From Myxococcota bacterium (GTDB lineage: Bacteria > Myxococcota_A > UBA796 > GCA-2862545): a stretch of DNA of 64,000 bases. How positions within the stretch are numbered: position 1 is the stretch's first letter; the number at the start of each line of letters is the position of its first letter. The notes beneath the pieces were generated by a model. It was not told where the DNA came from. It saw only the letters and a program-made list of their open reading frames with translations, and ran no database searches. The stretch is taken from positions 1 to 64,000 of the forward strand of contig JBCCQY010000019.1 in NCBI GenBank assembly GCA_039208735.1, written 5' to 3'. Shown here piece after piece: positions 38,171-48,844 of the stretch. The position numbers and the translations under genes are program-made.

Positions 38171-39355
38171 TCAGTTTCCTGTGATGCGCAGTACGAGGTC
38201 GCCCTCGTCGGGGCAGGTGGCCCGGCCATCGCAGTTTGAGGTCGTCACGTACAACGCGCCGTCTGGACCCACTGCGACATCGCGCATCCGGCCGTATTCA
38301 CCGCGCAGGTAGACCTCGGAACGCTCCACGTTGCCATCGGCCGCAAGCGTAAAGCGATGCAAGTGCCCAATGTCGTCCCCGAACCCGAGAACGCCCAACA
38401 CGAAATCCCCCTCCCACGAGGGAATGGCCGAACTTGGCACGAAGGCGCCACCACCCGGCGGTAGAGCTTCCGCCCAAGTCATGGATGGAGGCCGCAAGCC
38501 TTCCTCACTTTGGCAACGGTAGATGTCTGGCCAACCCAGGTTATCGCCAAAGTCCGCCACGTTCAGCTCGTCGTGGTCGGTCCAGCTGTTTTCGACCGGG
38601 GAACCGCTGGGCCCGTGATCGGCGAGCACAACGCGGCCATCATCACGGAAGTCGAAGGCCTGAAGGTTGCGCAGGCCCGTAAGGACCGCCGCCGAACCCC
38701 ATGGATTGTCGTCAGGGAAGGACCCGTCGTCACGAATACGTAGCAGCTTGCCCGCGAGGTTGTCCGGATCTTGGGACCACTCCGGTGTCGTTGCGTCGCC
38801 CGTGCCCACATAGAGCAACCCATCGGGGCCAAATCGCAGGCGCCCGCCATTGTGGAACTGCCGAGCGGGGATGTCGTTGAGAATCAGGGTATCTGCGGTG
38901 GCCGCCGTGCCGTCGGCCGACACCGTCCACCGTTCGACCACGTTGCGCACTCCTCCCACCCCAGCCGTGGTGTAGTAGAGGTAAATCCACCGATTCTCTT
39001 CGAAGTCGGGATGGACCGCGAGCCCCAGAAGGCCCCCTTCGCCGCCGTCCGTGATGGGGACCGTAGCCAAGGGCGCGGGCTCGAGGTTGCCATTGGCATC
39101 GATCCGGCGAACGGTTCCCGCGCGCTCGGTCACCAGCGCCGTGCCGTCGGGCAACCAATCGATGGCCCACGGAATGGCCAGTCCCGAGGTGAAGACCTCG
39201 ACATTGAGTTCGTCGGTTCCTTCGTCACCATGAACCTCGGCCGCACGGACCCGTTGGCATTCGACCGCAAGATCGACCACCGGATCGGCTGGGCTATCGT
39301 TCGGATCTGGCGAAACGTTGCAAGCTACGAGCAAAAGGGCAGGGATTGGACGCAT
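38171..39355 (-). CDS. PQQ-dependent sugar dehydrogenase (soluble GSDH family) lipoprotein
   Basis: GEGGLLGLAVHPDF, HNGGRLRFGPDG, GLRNLQ, GRMRDV. Confidence 0.92.
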   Translation of the reverse strand: MRPIPALLLVACNVSPDPNDSPADPVVDLAVECQRVRAAEVHGDEGTDELNVEVFTSGLAIPWAIDWLPDGTALVTERAGTVRRIDANGNLEPAPLATVPITDGGEGGLLGLAVHPDFEENRWIYLYYTTAGVGGVRNVVERWTVSADGTAATADTLILNDIPARQFHNGGRLRFGPDGLLYVGTGDATTPEWSQDPDNLAGKLLRIRDDGSFPDDNPWGSAAVLTGLRNLQAFDFRDDGRVVLADHGPSGSPVENSWTDHDELNVADFGDNLGWPDIYRCQSEEGLRPPSMTWAEALPPGGGAFVPSSAIPSWEGDFVLGVLGFGDDIGHLHRFTLAADGNVERSEVYLRGEYGRMRDVAVGPDGALYVTTSNCDGRATCPDEGDLVLRITGN

Positions 39356-39399
39356 CGGCTCTCCACGGAGGGTTCATACCGTTTGGGCCGCTCGCCTCG

Positions 39400-40860
39400 T
39401 CAGGGCTTGAAGAGGAACGCTCGTTCTTCGCAAGTCAGCGCGGCCACCTGGGACGCTACCTGGTCGATCCCCGGCCTGTCGGGCGTCCACACTCGACTGG
39501 GCAGCGGCGCTCCCTGACGCTGCGCCACCCCGTCTGCCAATACCAGCGCAAGCGTCATCACGTCGGAATGGGACTCGTTGGCCCGTGCGACGGGCTCTGG
39601 CACTTCGGTCAGTTCTGCCAGGAGTCGGTCATCGTTGCCCAGCATCCTTTGCAAGGTCTTGGCCGAATCGGGATCCGTCGAGCGCATCGCATCGGCGATG
39701 TGCGCCAAAAGGCTCCGCACGACCCGTTCGAGTTCCGCCTGGTTCAATGCCGCAAGCTGCAGGTAGGCTTCGTGGTCGTCGAAGCGACGAACCCGCGCGG
39801 TGGGCGTTGGTGGCGTGAGCAACGGTCGGTGCTCCCGCATCGCATCGATGACCGCGAAGACGACGTCTTCACGCAGCGGAAACAACGCGCCAACATTGGT
39901 AAAAACAGCATCGTCGGGGAGTTCGGGGTTCGCCAACCACCCCGTGTACTCCCGGTGGTGTCGCCAATCTTGAAATGCTCGATCCAACCCTGCGATGACG
40001 TCTTCGAGCGGAACCTGGCCACGGTCGAAGCGTACCCAAGTCCCTTCGGACACCCCCACATCCTGAACGTGGACTTCACCATTGGCGGGCTGGCCTTCGA
40101 CGGCACGCAATGCGAGCACCGCTCGAACCTCACGGCCTTGGCGCACCACCGGAAACCGGCCACGACCCGGCACCTGGATCACCAACGCCAAATCGATGAA
40201 CGCCCATAAGACGGCGGGTTCGAGGGCCGTAAGTGCGGTCTCTCGCTCCATCATGGCTTCGACTTCGCTCACGCCGGAAGGGGGTGGGCGAATGGAAATC
40301 GGCCGCCCCTGACGGAGGCAAAGGAGCAACGCCCAAACGGCAATCGCGGCCTCGAACGGCTTGGGACGTCCAAATTGGTCGCCCACCATGAACTCGGAGT
40401 CCTCCGCTTGGGCATCGGAAAGGCGGATCTCGACCATCGGGTCGCTGACCGTTTCAACAACCTCGAACCAGCGGATCGCACCGAGCAGTCCACCGTTCCA
40501 GTGGAACTCCACGTTCGGCAACCCCAGTACCGCCGAAATGGCATCGAGGAACGGTGAAACCCCAGCCTCCGTTGCCATCGTGGAGGACCAATTTGCGGAA
40601 ACCGACACCTCGGTCGGCTCGACGGTTTTGCGCACGAAGCCCGCATCAGGGCCGGTCCGTTGCACCACTGCAACCTGTCCCTCGAAGGGCACCAGGGCAA
40701 GGCTCGGTAGCCCCATGTCACGCCAAGGCGCTCGAAACTGCTCGGCAAGCCCGGCCGACCAGGCTTCGAGCGCATCCAACACGGATGGGGATGCCGCAGG
40801 CAACTGATCGAGCAACGCATCCCCCATCACTTGCCACGACGCAGCATCGGGTTGATTCAT
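39400..40860 (-). CDS. Hypothetical protein
   Basis: Long ORF with typical codon usage; start at MNQPDA chosen tentatively. Confidence 0.65.
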   Translation of the reverse strand: MNQPDAASWQVMGDALLDQLPAASPSVLDALEAWSAGLAEQFRAPWRDMGLPSLALVPFEGQVAVVQRTGPDAGFVRKTVEPTEVSVSANWSSTMATEAGVSPFLDAISAVLGLPNVEFHWNGGLLGAIRWFEVVETVSDPMVEIRLSDAQAEDSEFMVGDQFGRPKPFEAAIAVWALLLCLRQGRPISIRPPPSGVSEVEAMMERETALTALEPAVLWAFIDLALVIQVPGRGRFPVVRQGREVRAVLALRAVEGQPANGEVHVQDVGVSEGTWVRFDRGQVPLEDVIAGLDRAFQDWRHHREYTGWLANPELPDDAVFTNVGALFPLREDVVFAVIDAMREHRPLLTPPTPTARVRRFDDHEAYLQLAALNQAELERVVRSLLAHIADAMRSTDPDSAKTLQRMLGNDDRLLAELTEVPEPVARANESHSDVMTLALVLADGVAQRQGAPLPSRVWTPDRPGIDQVASQVAALTCEERAFLFKP

Positions 40861-41036
40861 CAACCGCTCGAGTGGGATCACAGGCCCTCCCGCGACATCA
40901 TGACTCACGCCGCGGGGGGGTCCAGGGCAAATTGGATCGATGCCCTTGACATCGGACCGAATCGTACAAAGTCCCTCGCTAACGCTACACCTAGCAGACC
41001 CATGATCCGAGACGCGCCCCACAGGAAGGAGGTCCC

Positions 41037-41252
41037 ATGCAAGTCGGATCGGTCGCCCCCAGTCAGTCTGTCATCACCGACGGTGCTTCGACGCGCCCGT
41101 CGGCCAGTGCGAACCAGGACAAGTTCGGCCCGGCGACGAAGGTCTCGTTGTCAGAAGAGGCGTTGAGCGCCTCCAGTGAATCCGCCGCCTCCAAGAAGGC
41201 CGCAAAGGCCGCCAAGACGGGCGCCGCCGCCGCCTACCAGGCCCAGAGCTAG
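41037..41252 (+). CDS. Small Ala/Ser/Lys-rich hypothetical protein
   Basis: AGGAGG RBS; FGPATKVSLSEEA motif. Confidence 0.6.
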   Translation: MQVGSVAPSQSVITDGASTRPSASANQDKFGPATKVSLSEEALSASSESAASKKAAKAAKTGAAAAYQAQS

Positions 41253-44200
41253 CGGGTTTCGGCTCCTATCGATGGCGCCTCGCGAAGCAGCCTCGCTCGA
41301 TAGCGCATCCCCAGGCCCTCCAGCTCCTCGATCGCCCGAGAAACCTCGGCCGCGTCGTATCCGGTCTGGCCAAGCCAACGTCCAGCCTGGATGCGCATCG
41401 CCCGTGCATAGATCACGTAGCCTTTCATGGAAGCGGGCATGTCGGACAGCACCTCGTCGAGCCGCGAGGCGGCTTGCGTCGCGTCCTGGAGCAACCAACG
41501 AATCTCGGCCTGACGAAGCACAATGATGTGGGAGAGCCAGACATCGTTGGCCTCATGGGCAAGAATCGACGCGCGTTCAAAGTGGTGCCGCATGTCCGTA
41601 TCGTTCCCGAGGAACGCGGCCGCCCAGCCCGCCTCGAGGTGGACCCCTGCCGCCACGTTGGCCCGGTTTGTCCCTTCGGCCAGCGCTCGCAAGGCGGTAT
41701 CGGCCGCGCGATCGTACTGCCCAAGCGCACTCTGCGCCGCGGCGACCCCGCTCGCGGTGATGACGCGGGCCTGGCGACCTGGCGGCCCCAAGTCGCGAAC
41801 GCGTTTCGCAGCTCCCTCCGCCAATCGAAGCGCCCAACGAAAATCGTCCTGTTCCAACGCCAGCCCCGACCGATTGGCATCGAGCCTCGCGACGGTCGTC
41901 GCATCGCGCGTCTCTGCCCCAAACGCCTGGAGCCGTTGATGCACGCGAAGGGCCTCGTTGATCTCGCCCATACGAGTGAGGGCCCCTGCCAGATTGCCAG
42001 CCGCGCTCGTTGCGCCACTCCATTCCTCGACCTCGACGGCGATCGACAACCCCGCTTCGAATCGGTCGCGAGCCCCTGCGAAATTCAGCTGCAGCGTGTC
42101 GAGCACGCCAAGGGCGGAAAGCGTGTGGACCTGCAGCCGACGAACGCCCATCTCACCGTGGATGTGGAGAGCGGTGCTCTGGTGTTGGCGTGCCACCTCG
42201 ATTTGGCCTGACATCTTGGCCCATTGACCGAGCAGGCCATGCACTTCCGCCTCCCGACGCCGCATGCCTCGGCCCGCCTCCAATGCCTGATCAAGACGAC
42301 GTTTTGCGCCATCGAGATCATCGTGCAAAAGCCCCACGCCTCCGAGCATGACCAGCGCAAGCACGATGAGTTCCTGATGCCCAGCGAGCCGGCCCCGGCT
42401 TAGTGCGTAGCCCAGATGCCCTCGTGCCTCGTCGCCGTCATCTGCGTGAACCCGTCCCAATGACAGGGCCACCCACCCCTCGAGGACCGGATCCCCAGTG
42501 TTCGCCGCCAGAACACGAGCCTCTTCGAGGATCTCCATGGCTTCCGCCGGCCGCTCTTTGAGCCTTAGCACCCGACCGTAGCTCCGGGCCGTGGCCACAC
42601 GAAGCCTCGCATCTTTGGCGAGTTCGTAGGCACGCTCGGCCCATAGATTGGCTCGCGCATCGCCCGCTTGTAGGGCCAGTTGTGCGGCGACGTCGAGCAA
42701 CGCGGGGTGCTCGGGCTCTACGGCGAGCACGCGCTCGACGATGGTCAGACCGTGGCGCATCGGCCCACGATGCAGGATCACCCGTCCCGCGGCCACGGCA
42801 CAACCGGCGGCCGCCGTTCGATCCCCAAACCGCAGGCCGGCTTCGATGCCCGCCACGAAATTGTCGAGATCGCGCGCCTGCCGCGCCCGAAGTGGGTCGC
42901 GGGGAGGAGAAAGCAGGTTGCTCGGCCCCCCCATCCGCGCAAACCACCGCGCATGACGGAGCCTCACCGCCTCGACGTCATCCAGCGTTCGCGACGCATA
43001 CAGTCGAACCGACTCATACAATCGGAACCGGGGTCGGCCCCGCTCACCGGTGCGCTGGGCCACAAGGAGGGAGGCGTCGAGGAGCTTCTCGATGAATTCC
43101 GCCAGCCATGGGGTGGCAGCCTCCGTCCCCACCACACGTTCCGCATCTTCGATGGTGAACCCACCTCGAAACACCGAAAGTTCGGCCACGCTACGCTGGG
43201 CTTCGGCAGACAGCTGATCCCAGGAAGCTCGAACGACCGTTTCCAAAGCCCCATGACGCTCGTCGGATTGGCCTAAGAGCTGAAATCGTTCGGCTAACCG
43301 GGATAGCATCTCGCTTGGCTCAAGGGAACGTGCCCGCGCGGCCGCAAGTTCAAGGGCGAGAGGCAAGAAGTCGAGTTTTTTGGCCAATTCCGCAAGCACA
43401 GGCTGCGCTTCGGTGGCTCCCCAAGCATCCAATCCACCCGCGCGGGCGGCTCGATCGCGCAACAGCGCCACCGCATCGGTTGAGGCGAGCGGCGCAATCC
43501 GGACGACAGTGGCCTGTGCCTCCTTTGCGAACCCCGTCCGGGACGTCACCACGAACCGCGCTTCGGTCGCGATATCGAGCCACACCTCGAGCACCTCGTG
43601 CGCCGACTCCAAGACCTGATCTGCATTGTCCAGAAGGAGGAGCGCGGAGCCCAACCCCCGTAGCTGATGACCGACTTGCCGGACCACTTCCGCTTGGTCG
43701 CCAGAACCTAAAGGATGACCGAGCGCCGCCGCTACCGCCGAGCAAACCCCCTGAACGTCACGCGCTGACGATAGCTCGGCGAAGGTCGGGGCTCCCTCGT
43801 AGTTCCGGTCCATGAGTACCGCGTGGCGTCGAACCAGGGCCGACTTGCCAACTCCACCAGGACCCTGCACCATCACCAGCCGCGACGTCTCCAGCGCTCG
43901 GGCCAAGATGCCGAGGTCCGCATCCCGACCAAACAACGTGCCGCCACCCGGGTGTGACCCCGAGCCGTGCGAACCTGAGTTGGTGGAGTTGGTGGCGGGA
44001 CCCACCGCCAGGTCCCGGTCCGATGTGGCCTCGGTCATCCAATCGGCAAACGAAGGTCCGGTCGCGACCAATCCGGAAAGCGCACTGGCCAAGCTAAGGC
44101 AATCTCCGAACCGAGCCTCCACGTCATGAGCAAGGCACTGGGCCACGAGCGGACCGAGCCCCGGTAGGGCTTCATCGATCGACCGTTGCAGCTCGCCCAT

Positions 44201-44932
44201 CGCAAGCGCCGCAGTGATCTGAGCGTGCCGCTGCTGCACTTGCTCCGCAGTTTTGCCCAAGACCATCCGCCGACCCAGCGCCATCTCGGCCAACACAATG
44301 CCCAACGCGAACTGATCGGTGCGCGGATCGACCACCGACGTCGGTGAAATCTGCTCAGGAGCCATGTAGCCGAACGTTCCCGCCGTGCGAGGAAACGCCA
44401 CGCCAGCCAGCGTGGCCACCCCAAAGTCCGCCAGCTTGACCAGGCCACGCTTCGTCAGCAACACATTGCTGGGCTTCAGGTCGCGGTGCACCACGGGTTG
44501 CAGCTGATCATCCACGACAAGTCCATGCGCGTGGGCCAAGGCCATCGCCAGCTGTGCACCGATTTGCTGGATGACACGGCCGGGCGGCGCCCCACGCTGC
44601 TCCATCAGTTCGCGCAGGGTGTGCCCCTCGACCCACTCCATCGCGATGAGCCACCATGGCTCAACACGAGCCAGGTCATAGACCTCGACGATGTTGTCAT
44701 GGTCGAGCATCGCACCGAGGCGTGCTTCGAACGCCACCTCCTGCTCAGAGAGCGCCGGAATCAGTTTGACGGCCAGCCGCTTTCGAAACCCCGCGGGACC
44801 ATGAAGGACCGCCCGGTACACGGCCCCGGTGGCCCCTCGCCCGACCAGCTGCTTGAGCTGATAGCGGCCCAGGGAGGCGGGTAACGACTCGGGAGGCAGA
44901 AATGACGGACCGGAGGAAAACATCCGCGCCAC
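41249..44932 (-). CDS. Ser/Thr kinase - STAND ATPase - TPR fusion protein
   Basis: GRGATGAVY, HRDLKPSN, DFG; GPGGVGKS Walker A, LLLDNAD, LPLALELAAAR; helical repeats. Confidence 0.92.
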   Translation of the reverse strand: MARMFSSGPSFLPPESLPASLGRYQLKQLVGRGATGAVYRAVLHGPAGFRKRLAVKLIPALSEQEVAFEARLGAMLDHDNIVEVYDLARVEPWWLIAMEWVEGHTLRELMEQRGAPPGRVIQQIGAQLAMALAHAHGLVVDDQLQPVVHRDLKPSNVLLTKRGLVKLADFGVATLAGVAFPRTAGTFGYMAPEQISPTSVVDPRTDQFALGIVLAEMALGRRMVLGKTAEQVQQRHAQITAALAMGELQRSIDEALPGLGPLVAQCLAHDVEARFGDCLSLASALSGLVATGPSFADWMTEATSDRDLAVGPATNSTNSGSHGSGSHPGGGTLFGRDADLGILARALETSRLVMVQGPGGVGKSALVRRHAVLMDRNYEGAPTFAELSSARDVQGVCSAVAAALGHPLGSGDQAEVVRQVGHQLRGLGSALLLLDNADQVLESAHEVLEVWLDIATEARFVVTSRTGFAKEAQATVVRIAPLASTDAVALLRDRAARAGGLDAWGATEAQPVLAELAKKLDFLPLALELAAARARSLEPSEMLSRLAERFQLLGQSDERHGALETVVRASWDQLSAEAQRSVAELSVFRGGFTIEDAERVVGTEAATPWLAEFIEKLLDASLLVAQRTGERGRPRFRLYESVRLYASRTLDDVEAVRLRHARWFARMGGPSNLLSPPRDPLRARQARDLDNFVAGIEAGLRFGDRTAAAGCAVAAGRVILHRGPMRHGLTIVERVLAVEPEHPALLDVAAQLALQAGDARANLWAERAYELAKDARLRVATARSYGRVLRLKERPAEAMEILEEARVLAANTGDPVLEGWVALSLGRVHADDGDEARGHLGYALSRGRLAGHQELIVLALVMLGGVGLLHDDLDGAKRRLDQALEAGRGMRRREAEVHGLLGQWAKMSGQIEVARQHQSTALHIHGEMGVRRLQVHTLSALGVLDTLQLNFAGARDRFEAGLSIAVEVEEWSGATSAAGNLAGALTRMGEINEALRVHQRLQAFGAETRDATTVARLDANRSGLALEQDDFRWALRLAEGAAKRVRDLGPPGRQARVITASGVAAAQSALGQYDRAADTALRALAEGTNRANVAAGVHLEAGWAAAFLGNDTDMRHHFERASILAHEANDVWLSHIIVLRQAEIRWLLQDATQAASRLDEVLSDMPASMKGYVIYARAMRIQAGRWLGQTGYDAAEVSRAIEELEGLGMRYRARLLREAPSIGAETR

Positions 44933-44995
44933 GATACCAGGCCTGGACCCCAGATTGCATGTACAAAATCGGGGCCCGCCCGGCAGACAGTCCTG

Positions 44996-46741
44996 TCAGA
45001 CCACAGTGCCCTCGATCTCCTTGTCAGCGCACCAGTCCGCGAATTTGTCGAGCCCGGGCCGTTCGACCGTGGGATGGTACACAACGCGCTTGAGGGCATC
45101 GGTAGCGGCCTGAAGCGGACCCGACCAATAGCCCGTGACCTCGGCATATTGAAATCGGCCATCGGGACCCCGTTCGAACACCACACGGTCGGTGGTGCGA
45201 CGACTCGGACCCACGACAAGGCGCTGGATGCGAGGCCGGTCCTCGACCCACGCCGTCCAGGCCGCGTGGTGCTCGGGGAGCACGAGTGTCGCGACGGCCG
45301 GAAGTTCAAAACCAGGGGCGGGCAGTGGAAGATCGAGATGGAGCGAAACCTCGTCCAGACAGCCCGCGTACTGGCGCAGAAGTGCGTCGTCATCACCGAG
45401 CCGTGCCCGCAAGGCCCCCGGACCTACCGGTCCATCAGATGCCGACCATCGGTCGAAGTAGCGGAGGCCCTCGAGCGCCGGCCATCGCTTCAACGACGGT
45501 GCGAAGTGAGCCTGCGGGGTCGGTTCGCCATGCAGCGCGAGGTGCCGCAGCGCACACGCCGGCGTTCTCAGCTTCTTCAGGTCTGCGTCGGTGACGCCCT
45601 CCAGGTAGCGAAGATGCCGAAGCCCAGGATCCTCGAGAAAGGTGACCAGCCGTTTGCGCGAGGGAACCAGATCCCGTCGAACGACCAAGGCCTCCAACGT
45701 TCGCAATCCAGGCTCGCCGCAGGCATTCGGTAGTTGATGAAGGTGCCGAGCAAGCGTAGCGGTGAAGGGAAAGCCCAATCGAAAACGCACACTGGCCATG
45801 GTCATAAAGTGGGCGCCAAACCAGGTGGCAAAGGATGCTTGAAGGGATGAAGATGCCTGCGGCCTACGACGACGCACAAGGACTCGGGTCCGGTCGTCAT
45901 TGAGAACCGCTCGATCGTGGTTTTCGATCTGCTCACTCAAAAAGGTGGTTCGAGGGTCGGTCGGGCGATGCACCTTCAGCCAATCAAGGTACACCCGACG
46001 TCGTTCGTCCTCCCATGGCGCCGCCTCGATCGCCGCAAGGAGAACGGTCTCCGTCGAGGGTCGCAGCGCAGGAAGCGGTCGCTGACCCATCGCCTTTTGC
46101 CAACGTTCGAGTTGGCTCTGCTGATGGGGGGTCAAGACCACCGGAGGCGGCGCGTGGGAGCGAAAGGTTCCAATCCAATTGGCAAGGCGAAGGTGGCGCG
46201 CCGTCACGCGACCCACGAGCGAAATGATGATGGCTGCAGCGTGCTCGGCAAAGTCGAAATCGTGAGGAAGATTGGCCTCCATCACGTGACGAACCCGTTG
46301 CCACCAGGGATGAGACCAAGGGTGTGATGCGTAAGGCGCCTCCTTGGTTAATGCGAGCATGGCCTCGCCCAGTCGAGGGTCGGGCTCCCACGCCACCAGC
46401 TGGTTGAGGCGGGCCAAGGCCTGACGCACACTGGGACGGGCTCCGTTGGGCAAGCCCGCTCCCCAGACGGCATCGAGCAGCCCCCCGAGGTCCTCGGGGC
46501 GTCGCGCTTGCTCACGCACAAACCAAGCTTGGTGGTCAGCCTGACGACGACCCGCGGGAAGTCGGTCGGCAGACCGCCGGGAACGTCCTTCGATCAAGAC
46601 CCTGGCCACATCGGGGTGACGGGTCTCTCGCCACAATGCCAGCACCGTCTCCAGATCGGGCAGAGTAGGCCTCCGGAACGGTCGTAGCCCATCCGGCTTG
46701 GACAGAACCGGCAGCGTAGGCTCAGAGAGCAGCTCTTCCAA
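44996..46741 (-). CDS. TIGR02996-domain protein (myxobacterial/planctomycete type)
   Basis: LWRETRHP, WEPDPRLG, LLAAIEAAPWEDERRRVYLDWL, FRLGFP. Confidence 0.7.
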   Translation of the reverse strand: MEELLSEPTLPVLSKPDGLRPFRRPTLPDLETVLALWRETRHPDVARVLIEGRSRRSADRLPAGRRQADHQAWFVREQARRPEDLGGLLDAVWGAGLPNGARPSVRQALARLNQLVAWEPDPRLGEAMLALTKEAPYASHPWSHPWWQRVRHVMEANLPHDFDFAEHAAAIIISLVGRVTARHLRLANWIGTFRSHAPPPVVLTPHQQSQLERWQKAMGQRPLPALRPSTETVLLAAIEAAPWEDERRRVYLDWLKVHRPTDPRTTFLSEQIENHDRAVLNDDRTRVLVRRRRPQASSSLQASFATWFGAHFMTMASVRFRLGFPFTATLARHLHQLPNACGEPGLRTLEALVVRRDLVPSRKRLVTFLEDPGLRHLRYLEGVTDADLKKLRTPACALRHLALHGEPTPQAHFAPSLKRWPALEGLRYFDRWSASDGPVGPGALRARLGDDDALLRQYAGCLDEVSLHLDLPLPAPGFELPAVATLVLPEHHAAWTAWVEDRPRIQRLVVGPSRRTTDRVVFERGPDGRFQYAEVTGYWSGPLQAATDALKRVVYHPTVERPGLDKFADWCADKEIEGTVV

Positions 46742-46747
46742 TGTAGA

Positions 46748-46765
46748 GTACCAACCAGTTGGTAC
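46748..46765. promoter_or_regulatory. Perfect palindrome GTACCAAC-CA-GTTGGTAC, putative TetR operator
   Basis: 8-bp arms; lies between the TetR stop and the start of the downstream gene. Confidence 0.6.
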
Positions 46766-46822
46766 AGATCGTATCGAGTGGCTTTAAAGAACAATCGAGC
46801 AACCCCTCGAACCAAAGCAAGG

Positions 46823-47383
46823 TCATCGAATACTCCGGAGTAGGGAAAGGGCACCACGCAACGCCTTTTCCATGGCTCCTCGATCGCCCGTGGCTCGGGA
46901 CGCGACGTAGCCCCCCTGCACCACGGCAACGAGTGTGCACGCGAGATCCCCGGGATGAAGATGCGGCGGAAGGGTCCCCTCCCGTTGGGCCGCGGTCAAC
47001 GCGGCCTCGATGCGGTCCGTCACATCGGCAAAGTACGCGGCCAAGGGCGCGGCCAGCTCAGGCTGATCCAGAACGTCTTGCTCGGCGGCAAATCGACCGA
47101 GCCGACAACCGGCCAACGCATCACGAGGTTGATGGAGCCACGCTACGACGCGGTCGAGCGGCGGAAGGGAGCCATCGAACGTGGCATCGAGGCGTTCGGT
47201 GAGTGCGGTCACCGATTCACCCAGGACCTCGGATGCCAGGCCAACTTTTCCAGAAAAATGATGATACAAGCTACCTTGTCCAGCGCCACTCTCCTTCAAG
47301 ATCATGCCCGGACTGGTGGATTCAAACCCATGGCGCCAGAACAACGTGTGAGCCGCCTCAACGATGTCGTCTCGCTTGGACAT
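46823..47383 (-). CDS. TetR-family transcriptional regulator
   Basis: MSKRDDIVEAAHTLFWRHGFESTSPGMILKESGAGQGSLYHHFSGK; GCRLG. Confidence 0.92.
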   Translation of the reverse strand: MSKRDDIVEAAHTLFWRHGFESTSPGMILKESGAGQGSLYHHFSGKVGLASEVLGESVTALTERLDATFDGSLPPLDRVVAWLHQPRDALAGCRLGRFAAEQDVLDQPELAAPLAAYFADVTDRIEAALTAAQREGTLPPHLHPGDLACTLVAVVQGGYVASRATGDRGAMEKALRGALSLLRSIR

Positions 47384-47433
47384 GGAGCCCTCTCTGTCCA
47401 TACCAGTAGCTACACTGACAAAGGCACGGTGTC

Positions 47434-47680
47434 GATCCCTCAACCAGGCAAGCCCCCGACGGTCGCTGGCAAACGTCTGTTCCCAATTGAGCCACTGGGT
47501 GCTAACGCCACGAAGCTGGACTGGTTGGCGGTTTTGGTCGACCAATCGCCCGTCTTGGACCGACAGATGCCCGTGCCGAACCACCGGCGAGGGACGCTCC
47601 GCTAGCGGTCGTCCATCAACGGTGGGCGCCGAAGAACCCGAGCAAGCCAACATCCACCACACGCAGAGAGCTTTAATCAC
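47434..47680 (-). pseudogene. N-terminal fragment of a GH5 (cellulase-like) lipoprotein, in frame with TetR
   Basis: MLAC lipobox then PVVRHGHLSVQDGRLVDQNRQPVQLRGVSTQWLNW...LAWLRD; similarity ends abruptly. Confidence 0.75.
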
Positions 47681-47803
47681 CTGGACGCTCCGCTGGTCAG
47701 CCATGCCCGAGCCCTGGTCAACAGGGTGACCACTGGCACCAAGGAACCTGGTTTCAGGGCGGGCACGTCCCATGCACGGGCCTTCGGCATGACTGGAGTC
47801 CAA

Positions 47804-48820
47804 ATGCGCGCCCACCTCCGTCCCCTTCTTCTTCCGGTTCTCGTCCTCAGCACCGGTTGCTTGGAAACCATGGGGACAATCTCTCCCCCATCCGAGCCCG
47901 CTGATCTCTCGGCCCTCACCGCCACAGTCGAGGCGCTACAACAATCGAACGTGGAGTTGCTCTCTCGGATCGAGGCTCTTGAAGCAGAGAATGCATCGCT
48001 CACTGGCCGACTCGACGTGGTGGAGCCCGAGGTCGTGAGCGGGCTCGCCAGCTTGGTCACCGTGACGACGGACGCCCAGGGCCACCCCACAATTGTGTTC
48101 AGCGGCGTGAATGTCCATGTGAACAACGGCGACGGCACGACCGACACGGTGAACGGGTTGGGCAACCTCGTCGTGGGCTACGACGAACCTCGCATCGACG
48201 GCGTACCCGTCTGCTCGCACGGCCAGTATCGCGATCAGCAATCCTGCGAAGCCAATGGCCTGGTGTGGACCGACAACCACAAGTCGGGGTCCCACAACCT
48301 CATCGTTGGCTCCGAACACTCCTACTCTCAGTTCGGCAGCACCTTGCTCGGGCAGGAGAACACGGTCAACAACGCGTTTGCCACGATCACAGGAGGCCGC
48401 CTAAATCTGGCCCTTGGGACCAACAGCAGCGTGACCGGAGGCTCGGGCAACCTCGCCTCGGGCTTCTTCGCCACGGTCACAGCCGGCTTCGGCAATGAAG
48501 CAAACGGTTTGCTTGCCGCGATTCATGGCGGTACCGACAACGTCGCGGTGGGCACCTACAGCACGATCACGGGGGGTGACACCAACGAGACCAGCGGACA
48601 GTCCAGCTCGGTCAGCGGGGGCGAGAACAATACCGTCAGTGGTCGCGGGGGAAGCATCTCCGGAGGCGAACGCAACGTCGTATTGGGCCGAAGTGGCACC
48701 GTCACAGGTGGCGTGTACAACGAGGCTCACGGTGAATTGAGCACCATCAGCGGCGGCTACGAGGCCACCACCACCGACTTCTTTGACGGGCGGGCGGGCT
48801 CACTTTTCGAAGAGGAGTGA
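47804..48820 (+). CDS. Lipoprotein with coiled coil and Gly/Asn-rich 13-aa repeats (beta-solenoid/adhesin-like)
   Basis: STGC lipobox; NGLGNLVVGYDE; repeated S(V/I)(S/T)GGxxNxAxG. Confidence 0.75.
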   Translation: MRAHLRPLLLPVLVLSTGCLETMGTISPPSEPADLSALTATVEALQQSNVELLSRIEALEAENASLTGRLDVVEPEVVSGLASLVTVTTDAQGHPTIVFSGVNVHVNNGDGTTDTVNGLGNLVVGYDEPRIDGVPVCSHGQYRDQQSCEANGLVWTDNHKSGSHNLIVGSEHSYSQFGSTLLGQENTVNNAFATITGGRLNLALGTNSSVTGGSGNLASGFFATVTAGFGNEANGLLAAIHGGTDNVAVGTYSTITGGDTNETSGQSSSVSGGENNTVSGRGGSISGGERNVVLGRSGTVTGGVYNEAHGELSTISGGYEATTTDFFDGRAGSLFEEE

Positions 48821-48844
48821 GCGGCGAATCACCGCCCCAAAGAC

